A DNA stretch of 54,641 nucleotides from a virus (IMGVR_UViG_3300048851_000182:1-54641), one strand, 5' to 3'. Shown: positions 18,811-28,854, counted from the first letter of the stretch. Notes: a model not told the origin generated them from the sequence alone. Translations and numbers: made by a program.

Positions 18811-21800
18811 CTCCGTTCTAGCCCAATCCAAAACCAGTATTTTGAGGCAAAGGATCAATCAAGATCTTCCTTCGAATAATAGTAAATCAATTACGGCGGC
18901 AAAGCTACGGTCAGTTCTTGGGGCGTCCGCTGATGCGATAGATGAAATTTATAAGACTATTTCGTTAGCCGACAGGCTCGGCGTATATAATGCGACGACT
19001 GGGATAGCGACCATTTCGGAAACCGGCATTACCAAAACACTCGTAGCTGCTCCATCCGACGCAAAAGGGAAGTACTACGATGTAGTTGTCGCGGGCGTCA
19101 ACTCGGTCACCGGCGTGTCTGAAACCTGGAATATTCAGGACCGGATCATTAGTGCAGGAACGAAATGGGATCGGATTCCCTTTGCTATTGGGACTGATGT
19201 AATAGGCCGGTCTCAAATACAATCGTCCGCGGTCACAGCTGACAAAACAGACATGTTCCAGACGGGCAAAAACCGGTTCAATGTCGCTGATCCTGGCAAT
19301 ATACCCAACAAGTACATTAATGAATCGACTGGCGCGGAGGTGAATAGCTCCAGCCACCATACTTCCCACTTTATTCCCGTTACCGCTGGGCAAGAATATA
19401 AAGTATCGTCAGCAGGGACGTCAAAGACAGCAAGGTACATTTGGTACACAAGCGCGAGTGCAAACACGTATATTTCCGGCCAGATAGGCCCTGTTTCGAG
19501 GACTGCACCAGTTGGGGCAACATTTTTGAGGGTGTCTGTCAACGCAACCGAGGTTCCGCCAAGTACTCTCCAAGTCGAGAGTGGCGCAGTTGCCACCGCC
19601 TATGAACCTTATCGGAAGGTACTGACATCAAGTACAGGCATCCCCATCATCGCAAATGCTTCGTTATCGGCAACTGTTTCTGAAACGGCAAATAATCTGT
19701 CTCCGGCAGCGAGGGCTACCGTTGATCAGATGTCCTATTTGAAGGGTAAGAATCTTTTCAATATAGCGGATACGACCAACCTTTCTGATCGGTTCATTAA
19801 TAACACCACGGGTGCAATATCCACGCTCTCAGGTTACCGCACCACCCACTTTATTAAGGTAGGAGCTGGAGTTACAATAACCATGTCTTCAACACAGACC
19901 GGTAGCCTTAGGGTAATATACTATGATGTAAATAAGGATTTTATCAGCGGGGTTGCGGGTACCCAATTGACCAGAACGACCCCGGGAAATACAGAATATA
20001 TTCGTCTTTCGGTTGATGGCGCCACAACATCCTGGGCGAACATGCAAGTTGAAATCGGAGCGTCGGCAACATCTTATGAGCCGTTTGGGTACAAAATTGA
20101 TAAGGTTTCAAACATCCCTATAAGTGCCAAACGAGCCGACTATGCACTTGTGTCCGCATCGACCACATCTCTGGATTCGTCTTTACGTGCGTCGGCAAAG
20201 CAATTATCATATTCGCAAACTCGGAATCTTTTCAATATAGCGGATACGACCAACCTTTCTGATCGGTTCATAAGCGAATCGACAGGCTTATTTTCATCGC
20301 TTACAGGATACAAAACCACGCATTTCATTAAAGTCTCGCCTGGGGTAAATATCTATGTTTCTTCTCCCACTTTCGGCGGCGCGAGACTGATCTACTACAA
20401 TTCAAGTAAAGGATTTATTGGAGGCACCGGTCCTGGTACGGCATGGCCTCGCGTCACCCCGGCATTAACTGAGTATATACGGGTTTCGGTGAACAGTGCC
20501 ACGACAAATTGGGAGAAATTGCAAATTGAGATATCGGCAACAGCAACAGATTATCAGCCATTCGGTTACGTTTTGGATCAAATAGCCGGTGTAAAGGTTT
20601 TCGCGAAGAACTCTTTGCCGGTTAACGCATCAACATCTTTATCTACTCCTGTAATCGCGCCCATTATCTATTTGCCGCGTCAGAAAGAATTGATCGTCTA
20701 CAATGAAAACGTACACCAATATTTTGAATTAGAGGGGAAAGGAAAAACTAGGATTGAACTGAACGGCGAGCCGGCCGGTATGAAAATCCGTGATAGGGGT
20801 ATGAAATTTCAGCAGACGTCAACCACCGCTCCGCTGACAGCATTACCAGGGACAATCCGGATTTACGACAAGGATTACGAAGTTGCTAAAACCGTGAATT
20901 TTACGGTGCAGCCCGTAGATCAAACACTCAATACTGCCAAAACAATTATCAACATAGGGGATTCTTACACCCTACGTTCGACCTTCGTTGACGCAGCTTC
21001 TTCAAGTGCGGCCGCATCGGGTTTAGCATTCTATGGAATGCGTCGTTCTGCTTCAAATGGGGCTACAATTCAAGTGAATTGTGAGGGGCGTGGCGGATGG
21101 CTGATGAGCGACTATCACACCACCAGAACAGATTTATTCTCACCGTTTCGCCAACCCCAGGATCCCTATAAGTATTATGGAAATACTGACTATTGGAAAA
21201 GTGCTAAGGCGGGCCCGTTGATCGGAGAGTTTCCAATTAACTACGACTGGGGCAATATTCAGCCTGGAATTTTGGCATTATATAATGCATCCACGGGTTT
21301 GTTAAACTCACCAGCCGTTAACGACGTGATGTATGTTAATGCAGAATCAGCATACAAGCGATGGAATGGAGCCAGTTGGGAAGCGGTAACGGGTCTGACG
21401 TTCACATTCAATTTTGCTAAATATCGTACTTTGTATGGTACACCACAGGTGGACATCGTTCACATCCTGCTCGGGACCAACGACTTTTCTAGTACAAGAG
21501 CGTCAACCTTCGCAGCTACTTATTCGACATTTAAGAGCAGGATGGATGATGTGATAACTTCATTTAAAGCTGACAATCCTGCTGGGAAATTTATTGTTGG
21601 TATTCCGCCTAGTTCAGGGCGTCAGGGAGGACAAGGTGTTTACGAAACAGAGCGCAGAAAGATTGGCTATTGGCTTCTCGCCAAAGCGTTAATTGCTGAT
21701 TACGGCGGCAGGGAAGCAGAAGGAATTTTGATTGCCGATTATCACTCGACAACTGATAGAGTTTATGGATTTCCTGTCGAAGACGAATTGCCATTTGACG

Positions 21801-21910
21801 GTTACAGTGGGTCAAAGAGAGTTGATTATACCAGTGATCCAGTGCATGCCTCTGATGGCTTTAAGCAAATGGCTAATATTTATTTTGGTGTAATCCAATC
21901 ATTAAGATAG
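18737..21910 (+). CDS. Putative tail fibre/spike with three tandem beta domains and a C-terminal SGNH hydrolase; N-terminal signal-peptide-like segment
   Basis: Three NxFN...Y(E/Q)P(Y/F) domains; SGNH blocks GDS, GRGG, GTND, DPVH; N-terminus ..MILVLILLSSSVLA|Q. Confidence 0.75.
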   Translation: MTAKQLKSQLSVSFQMILVLILLSSSVLAQSKTSILRQRINQDLPSNNSKSITAAKLRSVLGASADAIDEIYKTISLADRLGVYNATTGIATISETGITKTLVAAPSDAKGKYYDVVVAGVNSVTGVSETWNIQDRIISAGTKWDRIPFAIGTDVIGRSQIQSSAVTADKTDMFQTGKNRFNVADPGNIPNKYINESTGAEVNSSSHHTSHFIPVTAGQEYKVSSAGTSKTARYIWYTSASANTYISGQIGPVSRTAPVGATFLRVSVNATEVPPSTLQVESGAVATAYEPYRKVLTSSTGIPIIANASLSATVSETANNLSPAARATVDQMSYLKGKNLFNIADTTNLSDRFINNTTGAISTLSGYRTTHFIKVGAGVTITMSSTQTGSLRVIYYDVNKDFISGVAGTQLTRTTPGNTEYIRLSVDGATTSWANMQVEIGASATSYEPFGYKIDKVSNIPISAKRADYALVSASTTSLDSSLRASAKQLSYSQTRNLFNIADTTNLSDRFISESTGLFSSLTGYKTTHFIKVSPGVNIYVSSPTFGGARLIYYNSSKGFIGGTGPGTAWPRVTPALTEYIRVSVNSATTNWEKLQIEISATATDYQPFGYVLDQIAGVKVFAKNSLPVNASTSLSTPVIAPIIYLPRQKELIVYNENVHQYFELEGKGKTRIELNGEPAGMKIRDRGMKFQQTSTTAPLTALPGTIRIYDKDYEVAKTVNFTVQPVDQTLNTAKTIINIGDSYTLRSTFVDAASSSAAASGLAFYGMRRSASNGATIQVNCEGRGGWLMSDYHTTRTDLFSPFRQPQDPYKYYGNTDYWKSAKAGPLIGEFPINYDWGNIQPGILALYNASTGLLNSPAVNDVMYVNAESAYKRWNGASWEAVTGLTFTFNFAKYRTLYGTPQVDIVHILLGTNDFSSTRASTFAATYSTFKSRMDDVITSFKADNPAGKFIVGIPPSSGRQGGQGVYETERRKIGYWLLAKALIADYGGREAEGILIADYHSTTDRVYGFPVEDELPFDGYSGSKRVDYTSDPVHASDGFKQMANIYFGVIQSLR
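19750..20271 (+). repeat. Exact 48-bp direct repeat (19750-19797 and 20224-20271)
   Basis: GAATCTTTTCAATATAGCGGATACGACCAACCTTTCTGATCGGTTCAT occurs twice, 474 bp apart and in frame. Confidence 0.9.
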
Positions 21911-22848
21911 TGGCACTAGCGATCATCACATCCGGATTTTATTCAGAAAGCGTATCGGTAACTGTGGTTGCGGATGTTGCTGACGGAACTGATGTGCTCA
22001 TATATGACGATGAGAGCAAAGAGCTGCTCGGTACAGCAGTGATTGACGAAGGCAGTGCGGATGTTACCGTTTCGCCGATCCTTTACACTGGCCAGCGCAT
22101 AATTGCATATCTGGGCGAATTCGGGAAAGATACATATGGTTCAATAATAGTCACTGACTCAGATAAGGAGCATACCGGCTGGAAAACACCCGAAACGGTA
22201 GACGGGCAACCCTATGATGTTTATCTTTCAAATGGCGGAGCACATCTGGCTGACGTATATGATCCATCGAACTGCAGGAATATTTCCCGTGACATGGATG
22301 CGATCGATCGAGTACTTAATGTTCCGATCACCTTTTTAGTGAGGCAAGTTGAGAGCATGGCAGGAACAGTCCAAGTCCTGATTGAGAACATCGAGAATGC
22401 TATTGGAGGCTACCGCCTTAAATTCGATTCAGATGCCCCCGGCTCGGCAACTAGCAAAATCTATTCGCAGAATGGATCCTACTCCGTAAAGGTTTGGGGT
22501 GTGAACCAAATCGAAGCAGACGCAATACAGGTCACCTATGATTTGGTTATGCCTGCGGCAACTGTAAGCTTCGGGCCAAATGTGACCGACCTTTTTGCGA
22601 GTGTTGATTTTGGCTATGCGGGGTCGCCCGGCCAAAGAGCTATCATGCTTGTCGCTCACAGTAGTGTGCCCTGCGAGTTTCAAATCGACGGTGTATTCGA
22701 CTGGGAAGGAGGTGTGTGGCAATCCGGCGGCTTGGCATTCCGAAGCAACATCAGACTAATTGCGGCAGGTGAGCATACGATCAGAGCTCGGAATGCATCC
22801 AACCCGACCGAAGAAATTGCCCGTCAAATCAAACTTGTAAACTTCTAA
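21910..22848 (+). CDS. Putative virion protein with beta-sandwich (Ig-like) segments
   Basis: Beta-rich, with GSYSVKV and GEHTIRAR strands; coupled to the fibre gene. Confidence 0.55.
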   Translation: MALAIITSGFYSESVSVTVVADVADGTDVLIYDDESKELLGTAVIDEGSADVTVSPILYTGQRIIAYLGEFGKDTYGSIIVTDSDKEHTGWKTPETVDGQPYDVYLSNGGAHLADVYDPSNCRNISRDMDAIDRVLNVPITFLVRQVESMAGTVQVLIENIENAIGGYRLKFDSDAPGSATSKIYSQNGSYSVKVWGVNQIEADAIQVTYDLVMPAATVSFGPNVTDLFASVDFGYAGSPGQRAIMLVAHSSVPCEFQIDGVFDWEGGVWQSGGLAFRSNIRLIAAGEHTIRARNASNPTEEIARQIKLVNF

Positions 22849-23072
22849 TGGCAAAGAGAGCGAAAAAACCAGTCATTAAGATCGAGATCGACAAAACAGG
22901 ACCGCTGGTTCATGTGACCATTCCAGAGTTTAACGGCTGGATAAAAATGTTCATGAACGATCGGAAACTCGGCCCTGGCGTTTTCAAGGTCATAGATGGA
23001 ATGATAAGCATCCAACTGTCGGGAGCACTCCCGAATGAATATAGATTCCGAGCGGAAGTGCTCAAAAAATAG
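22848..23072 (+). CDS. Hypothetical protein
   Basis: Coupled small ORF. Confidence 0.6.
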   Translation: MAKRAKKPVIKIEIDKTGPLVHVTIPEFNGWIKMFMNDRKLGPGVFKVIDGMISIQLSGALPNEYRFRAEVLKK

Positions 23073-23101
23073 TACAGTTTCAACTTTAAACCTTAAAGCA
23101 C

Positions 23102-24028
23102 ATGCTAGGTTATTTTTTAACATCGAAGGGGGTTGATTTGCAACCACTTCACAACTATAACAGCGAGGCAGATCAAACCCTGGGGGCGTACATCGCGCTC
23201 GGTATGGTGGACGCTTCTGTTGGATTGAGACTCGGCGGCACTTATGAGGCCGAAATAGTCACGGCTGGAAACATTGTTACCATCATCAAGGAGCTTTGTT
23301 TGACTGATCAGGCGTATTTCTTCGGAAGCTCTGACATTATTGGGCAGGAAGCTGACCCTGCTATCACTGCTGAGGCGGAAGCTTTTGGGCATATTGCCGG
23401 CCCTCGCCTGACTGATACATTGCTGGGAACTGTCGTTTGGAGGTTGAACCATGCTTACAGCGCACGTAAGTTTTTAAATATGCTGATGGCAAACCGAGAG
23501 TTTGACTTCTTCATGTTTACCAACAACAGTGTCGAAGCGGCGTACTACGATGATCACGGAATCGCTTATTCTGCCATCTCCAATGCGAAAGGTAATAAAG
23601 ATGCGAAGATCACAGGCGGGTTTACTTCTATGTACAAATCGTTTCAGGGCTTCCTCCCTGTTGAATTGGGGATCGTTCAAGCTTCATTGAAAAACGACGT
23701 AAAATTTGTGATGGCCGAGCCGGTGGCCACCGAGGATATCGTTGTTGCCACATGCTCGACACTTGGTCGCAAAAAGTACACAAAGTTGATTGCCGAATCC
23801 GGCACTTTGACTTTTGCAACTAATCCGGCTAATGCTTGTGTGGACTGGTATTGCACCCAAGTCGATGGATCTGCTTTGCCAGCTGCTGGGAAAGGTTCAT
23901 TCAACTCTGGTACTGCAACATTAACACTACCGAATACCCTTGCGGCTGGCAAGTATATCTATAAGATATTCTGCGTAAACGCAACGGGTGTGAAAGGTGA
24001 ACTCTTTGTTGAAGTACTGGTAAACTAA
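23102..24028 (+). CDS. Putative major tail (tube) protein with C-terminal Ig-like domain
   Basis: 308 aa, beta-rich, ends with Ig-like TATLTLP..AGKYIYKIFCVNATG. No better tube candidate in the window; assignment is inferred. Confidence 0.5.
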   Translation: MLGYFLTSKGVDLQPLHNYNSEADQTLGAYIALGMVDASVGLRLGGTYEAEIVTAGNIVTIIKELCLTDQAYFFGSSDIIGQEADPAITAEAEAFGHIAGPRLTDTLLGTVVWRLNHAYSARKFLNMLMANREFDFFMFTNNSVEAAYYDDHGIAYSAISNAKGNKDAKITGGFTSMYKSFQGFLPVELGIVQASLKNDVKFVMAEPVATEDIVVATCSTLGRKKYTKLIAESGTLTFATNPANACVDWYCTQVDGSALPAAGKGSFNSGTATLTLPNTLAAGKYIYKIFCVNATGVKGELFVEVLVN

Positions 24029-24084
24029 TACAGCTATCGTTCGGAGATGATTTCGGCGACGATTTCGGAGACTGAGCGATAGCT
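24019..24084 (+). promoter_or_regulatory. Candidate -1 frameshift signal (G GTA AAC plus 13-bp stem-loop)
   Basis: Heptamer 24019-24025 just before the stop, 6-nt spacer, stem 24032-24044/24072-24084. The -1 frame reads LIQLSFGDDFGDDFGD to TGA at 24075. Confidence 0.6.
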
Positions 24085-24109
24085 TCACACGAATTATACA
24101 CGCACTGAA

Positions 24110-26050
24110 ATGTTGGATTTTCAACGAGATATCGCACCGTATCTGATCAAGTATGATACAGAGCTTCCGGATAAGAAGCATCTGCATAAATACTATGACC
24201 AGTCGGTGGCGCACCAAAAACTTGTTGAAAGTGTATTCGGCGATGACTTCCCGGACTTTTTGAAGGTTGAAAGGCCGAAAGAAAAGGAGAAAAAGAGCCA
24301 CTCCAAATTCAGGGCTGCGATCTACAAAGCAATTACCAAGCCTTTCCGCAGAAGGCTGATCAGGACGATTTCGGCAATCCGGAATGCAGATGATTTCACG
24401 ATCGAATTTCCGTCAGTCGACACTTCCATGCCTTTCGAGGATACTCTGAGTTATTACACCTCTGAAAACTTCGGGGCATGGAAGTCACTTGAACAATGGT
24501 TCTGGGAGCAGGGTATTCAACATTTCGTTGATGATCCGAACGCCTGCGCGGTTTTGCTGCCTACAATACCGGAAGATCCTACAAGTTTCCGAGAAGTAAC
24601 TCCAATATGGGCGCTCTCAAAACAGGTGTGGTACTACGGGGAAGGTGAAAAGGCGGTGATCTGCGCTCAAAAGAAAAGCAATGTTCGTGTTAATGGAAAG
24701 CTCGAAAACAAAGGCCTGGTCTTGTATTTCTTTGACCGCGAAAGCTATTGCATTGCTCAGCAGGTTTCCGTTTCCGGTGGAAAGACTGAATGGGACGTGA
24801 TGGGCTTGCAGGCGATGCAAGACGAAACCGGTCAGTTCACCGGATATGCCGAAAACTTCCCGCTCCATTATTTCCGGTCTATGCCTGTTTTCAAGGTTGG
24901 CTCATTGATCAGACAGACATCTGAGGATGGAGTTTTCAAGCTTTTCGAGAGCTATGTTTCTGATGCAATCCCTGCATTGAAATCTGTTTTGCAGCGAGCG
25001 TCCGACATCGACATTGAAGCGCTTCTTCATACCGGATCACTGGAATGGCAGTATGTTACCAACAAATGTAACAGCTGCTCAGGTAGTGGGCACATCAAGA
25101 GCTTTTCTGAAACCAAAGCAGGCAGAAAACGGGAAACCACTTCCAAGTGTACCAAGTGTGGCGGCGCTGGCTATGAGATTTTTGATTCCAATCTGGAAAA
25201 GATCCTGATTTCTCCACCCGTGCAAAGCAGCTTTGACGATGATACCAAACCCGTAACGTTGCCAACGCCGCCTGCCGGGATGATCGAGCGATCTCCAAAT
25301 GCAATCAAAGAGTTCAGGGAAGAGTATAAGCGGAACATGATCGAAGCTTATCAGGCAATTGGTCTAGGCCATATTGCTGATCAGATTTTCATGTCAACAT
25401 CCGGCACATCGAAGCGCTATGACCGTGATGAAGGCGAGAAGATGATCATGGATACTTCGCGGCATATTGTCGAGAGGCTCCTGCACCCAATCTATTCAGC
25501 CACTGATGCAATTCGGTACGGGCCCATTGGAAAGCAAGGCGAACAGGTACCCAACATTGTTAGCCCTAAAAGGTTTGATATCAGCAGCATCGACATGACT
25601 CGGGAGGAGTTGAACGACGCTATGACTAACAACTATTCCGAAGAATTGAAGGACGCATTGCAAATGAAGTACCTGGATCAGACCACTGGCAAGGACTCGA
25701 ACGAGTACAAGGCTTTCCGGGTGAAAATGCGTCTGGATCCGCACCGAAACAAGAATGATGAAACCAAGTCTTTCCTGCTTTCGCAGGCTTATCTGACTAT
25801 GGATAGGACCAGTGATGAGTTCAGTAAGACAATTGAGCAGCTCCAATTCTCCATCAACTTTGAGACTGTGCTTCGTGATGTGGTTCTTGGTAACGATGAC
25901 TTTTTTAAGCTTCCGGTTGATAAGCAATACGAGTTGATGATCAAGGAGAATAAAAAGTACTTCTCTGTCAAACCTGCTGGTCAGCCAATCGAAATGAGCA
26001 CACTCGCGCCGCTGGTTAACGCCAAGGACATTAACCAGATGAACGAATAA
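24110..26050 (+). CDS. Putative portal protein with a CxxCxGxG zinc-finger insertion
   Basis: 646 aa, before minor head, scaffold and capsid genes; portal-like TSGTSKRYDR segment; CNSCSGSG and CTKCGGAG. Confidence 0.7.
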   Translation: MLDFQRDIAPYLIKYDTELPDKKHLHKYYDQSVAHQKLVESVFGDDFPDFLKVERPKEKEKKSHSKFRAAIYKAITKPFRRRLIRTISAIRNADDFTIEFPSVDTSMPFEDTLSYYTSENFGAWKSLEQWFWEQGIQHFVDDPNACAVLLPTIPEDPTSFREVTPIWALSKQVWYYGEGEKAVICAQKKSNVRVNGKLENKGLVLYFFDRESYCIAQQVSVSGGKTEWDVMGLQAMQDETGQFTGYAENFPLHYFRSMPVFKVGSLIRQTSEDGVFKLFESYVSDAIPALKSVLQRASDIDIEALLHTGSLEWQYVTNKCNSCSGSGHIKSFSETKAGRKRETTSKCTKCGGAGYEIFDSNLEKILISPPVQSSFDDDTKPVTLPTPPAGMIERSPNAIKEFREEYKRNMIEAYQAIGLGHIADQIFMSTSGTSKRYDRDEGEKMIMDTSRHIVERLLHPIYSATDAIRYGPIGKQGEQVPNIVSPKRFDISSIDMTREELNDAMTNNYSEELKDALQMKYLDQTTGKDSNEYKAFRVKMRLDPHRNKNDETKSFLLSQAYLTMDRTSDEFSKTIEQLQFSINFETVLRDVVLGNDDFFKLPVDKQYELMIKENKKYFSVKPAGQPIEMSTLAPLVNAKDINQMNE

Positions 26051-26871
26051 TGGAAGAGCTCGAATTCCTAGAACAGGCAGAGGTAAAGCAAGAAAAGTCG
26101 CTCGCGTCGTTTTTTGCCGGCATCAAGAAGGTTGCCGGATCATTTATGGACGCGATCATCGAGATCATGGATGAGCTGGAAATGCGGCCGGAATCTAGAA
26201 TGAAGGATTGGCAGACTGTGACCAGGTACCGCCTGTTCTTTCGGACCATGCTTTCCCAGGCTGGGTACGATGTAGCGGTTTCAGGCTTGATGGATGAAAT
26301 GAAAGCTGTCACCATTGCTATCGAAAGCTACTACGAGCCGTACGGAATGAGCAAACACTCTTCCTTTTTTCAACAAGCCGGACGGGAAGCTCTGGAAAGA
26401 GTCAGAACGCAGCTTATGGATGTCATCCCTGAAACAGCATTCATTGAGCCGGTTTCACAGGCATTGGAAAATGCAGTAATGCGCGGGCAAAGCTTGCCGG
26501 ACCTGAGAAGAGAATTGAAAGAAATCGTACACACAAGCGAGCTACCGGCAAATTATGTGTATAACCAGGCGAAGCAAAGCCTATGGATGTTTCACCGAAA
26601 CTATTCAGGATCCATCGGAACAGCGCTCGACCTTGCACACTACTATTATGACGGCGTGGCAGTTCAGCATAGCCGAGGGTTTTGCCTGAAACGCAAAGGG
26701 AAAGCTTTCACCAAAGAAGAGGTGGAAGAGTGGGTAAAGGAGGACTGGCAGGGAAAGATTCCCGGAACAACGAAGGAATCAGTCTTCTGGCTATGTGGCG
26801 GGTACAACTGCATTGATGTACTCCGTCCGATCACAAAACAGCTCTACGAGCGATTGAGAAGTAACAATTAA
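26050..26871 (+). CDS. Minor head morphogenesis protein (MuF / SPP1 gp7-like)
   Basis: Follows the portal; YYYDG..SRGFC and GGYNC Cys motifs. Confidence 0.7.
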   Translation: MEELEFLEQAEVKQEKSLASFFAGIKKVAGSFMDAIIEIMDELEMRPESRMKDWQTVTRYRLFFRTMLSQAGYDVAVSGLMDEMKAVTIAIESYYEPYGMSKHSSFFQQAGREALERVRTQLMDVIPETAFIEPVSQALENAVMRGQSLPDLRRELKEIVHTSELPANYVYNQAKQSLWMFHRNYSGSIGTALDLAHYYYDGVAVQHSRGFCLKRKGKAFTKEEVEEWVKEDWQGKIPGTTKESVFWLCGGYNCIDVLRPITKQLYERLRSNN

Positions 26872-26883
26872 ACCAGTTTATAA

Positions 26884-27450
26884 ATGAAAAAGTTAATTGC
26901 CTTAACTATGTCCCTGGCTATGTTCATTAGCCTTTCAGCGAGTGCCCAGAACTGGCGCATTTACTACACTTCGGCCGACCAGGTGCGCGTCGACTCTGCA
27001 TCCGGCGGTCTTCACCGGTTGTCACCTGCCAAGGATCTGAAAGTTGTTCAGAAGGGTAGCAAGATCGGATTCACATTTGCCGGATTCGGGATGACGCTTA
27101 CACCCAACCAGGTACGCAGAGCGGATTCAACTGCTTACGGCACTACCGTTTCAGGTGTGATCACAGCTTTCATTTCTGGCTCGGATGCGGTAACAGATCA
27201 GGCTATCATCACCAGCACGACAACCGGGACACTCGCGGCCAGCACTTACAGCTACGTTGAGCTTTCCAATGATCATGCGTCGGCAGCGGCATCCATCTTG
27301 GTCGGCGGGCAAACTGTTAGCATACCGGCCGGGAAAGTTGTCGCCTTTAAAGCATTGCGATCGCCTAAAACAGGGAGATACAAGCCGATCCCTACCATCG
27401 CTTACACGGCCACCGGATCCAGTTTAAGGATTTACACAGTCAAAGAGTAG
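26884..27450 (+). CDS. Signal-peptide-bearing beta protein in the head cluster
   Basis: MKKLIALTMSLAMFISLSASA|QN is a typical Sec/SPI signal. Confidence 0.7.
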   Translation: MKKLIALTMSLAMFISLSASAQNWRIYYTSADQVRVDSASGGLHRLSPAKDLKVVQKGSKIGFTFAGFGMTLTPNQVRRADSTAYGTTVSGVITAFISGSDAVTDQAIITSTTTGTLAASTYSYVELSNDHASAAASILVGGQTVSIPAGKVVAFKALRSPKTGRYKPIPTIAYTATGSSLRIYTVKE

Positions 27451-27509
27451 TCGACTGTACTTCAACCTAGTAAAAATAAAATCAGTTTTCCAATCAAATA
27501 CCACGAGCT

Positions 27510-27974
27510 ATGACTCAGGAAGAAAAAAATGCAGCCGACAAAGCCGCTGCGGATAAAGCAAAAGCCGACCAGGAAGCTGCTGAAAAGGCATTAGCGGACA
27601 AGGATGCCGCTGAAAAAGAAGCTGCGGAGAAAGCGAAGGCCGACAAAGCAAAGGCTGACAAAGAAGCCGCTGATAAAGCAAAGGCCGAAAAGGAAGCAGC
27701 CGAGAAAGCCGCTGTGGAAAAAGCGAAGACGGCAAAAAAGAAAACCCCGGCTGATTTGAAATCATCCGATGATGTGGTGATCGAATTTAAAAATCCGGTT
27801 CACGTCGAAGAAGATGGAGAAAGCTCAGTCAAAAAAGAGAAGATCGTCCAGCACGTGAAATATGCTTTCTGGCAAGGTCTCAAAAAAGACGACAAAGGAA
27901 ATCCGGCATATTCAACCCTGAGAGGCGCAAAGCTGATCGGATATGTCGAGGACGGCAAGGTGATTCAATTTTAA
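27510..27974 (+). CDS. Ala/Lys/Glu-rich repeat protein
   Basis: About 70 aa of KAAADKAKA-type repeats followed by a small globular region. Confidence 0.75.
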   Translation: MTQEEKNAADKAAADKAKADQEAAEKALADKDAAEKEAAEKAKADKAKADKEAADKAKAEKEAAEKAAVEKAKTAKKKTPADLKSSDDVVIEFKNPVHVEEDGESSVKKEKIVQHVKYAFWQGLKKDDKGNPAYSTLRGAKLIGYVEDGKVIQF

Positions 27975-28035
27975 TAAAAGTATCTCATTCGCCTGCGGGC
28001 AAACACTATAAAATAGGTTGCGACCTACAACACAC

Positions 28036-28854
28036 ATGGCAAAATTAGCTGACAATCTTACCTCACTTCTGGCTGCGGCCGGTGTGAAACTATCCGATGA
28101 GCAAAAAGCCGTTTTGGCTGAATTGCCACAGGAAGAAGTATCTGCAACCGTTCAAAGTTTCTTTGATACGGTGGCAAACCAGGCAACGAGTGAGTTTGCG
28201 AACCTCTCGAAAAAAGCTGGAAATCTGGACAAGTTCGATGATGGACTTGCCGCGTGGGCTGACATCTTGGGTGACGATATAAAAACCATCGCCAAAGAGA
28301 AAGGTCCGCAAAAGCTTGAAAAGATCAAAGCTCAAATTGCTGCCAAGATCGAAGCGGCTAAAACTGCTGCGGCAGGAGGATCCGGCGACTTGGATAAGCT
28401 AAGAACTGAGATCACCGCTCTTCAAACAAAGCTGCAAACCGCCGAGGTGGAAACAGCAGCCGCGCTTGAAAAGCAGAAAGGCGAATACGAAGGCAAAATC
28501 TTTAATTCCTCAATGCTCACCAAGCTGCAAGGGAGAAAGGACATTGTTGAAGCATACGCCAACCAAGATGCATTGTCGATGCTCGTTTTGCCGAAAGTAT
28601 TGGCGCACATTGAGGGCAAAGGGCTCAAAATTAATCCCGACAAGTTGGATGTTGTCACCAAGGATACCGGAACCCCTTACATGAAAGGCGCCAAGGCTGT
28701 GACGCTTGACGAACTGTTTGACGAAGCGTTGTCTGAAAACAAGTTCAGACAAAACGCCGGGCCGACCCCTCCGAAGACAACCATAGAAACAGATGGTAAT
28801 GCTCCAAAGGTCACTAAAACTAGCTTATTGCGCCCGGCAGTAAGCGAATCGTAA
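28036..28854 (+). CDS. Putative capsid scaffolding protein
   Basis: Coiled-coil, charged, directly before the capsid gene; start placed at MAKLAD. Confidence 0.65.
   Translation: MAKLADNLTSLLAAAGVKLSDEQKAVLAELPQEEVSATVQSFFDTVANQATSEFANLSKKAGNLDKFDDGLAAWADILGDDIKTIAKEKGPQKLEKIKAQIAAKIEAAKTAAAGGSGDLDKLRTEITALQTKLQTAEVETAAALEKQKGEYEGKIFNSSMLTKLQGRKDIVEAYANQDALSMLVLPKVLAHIEGKGLKINPDKLDVVTKDTGTPYMKGAKAVTLDELFDEALSENKFRQNAGPTPPKTTIETDGNAPKVTKTSLLRPAVSES

Noticed and set aside
19750-20271. Possible diversity-generating retroelement template/variable repeat pair
   Set aside because: The copies are identical with no adenine-specific differences, both are internal to one gene, and no reverse transcriptase is present.
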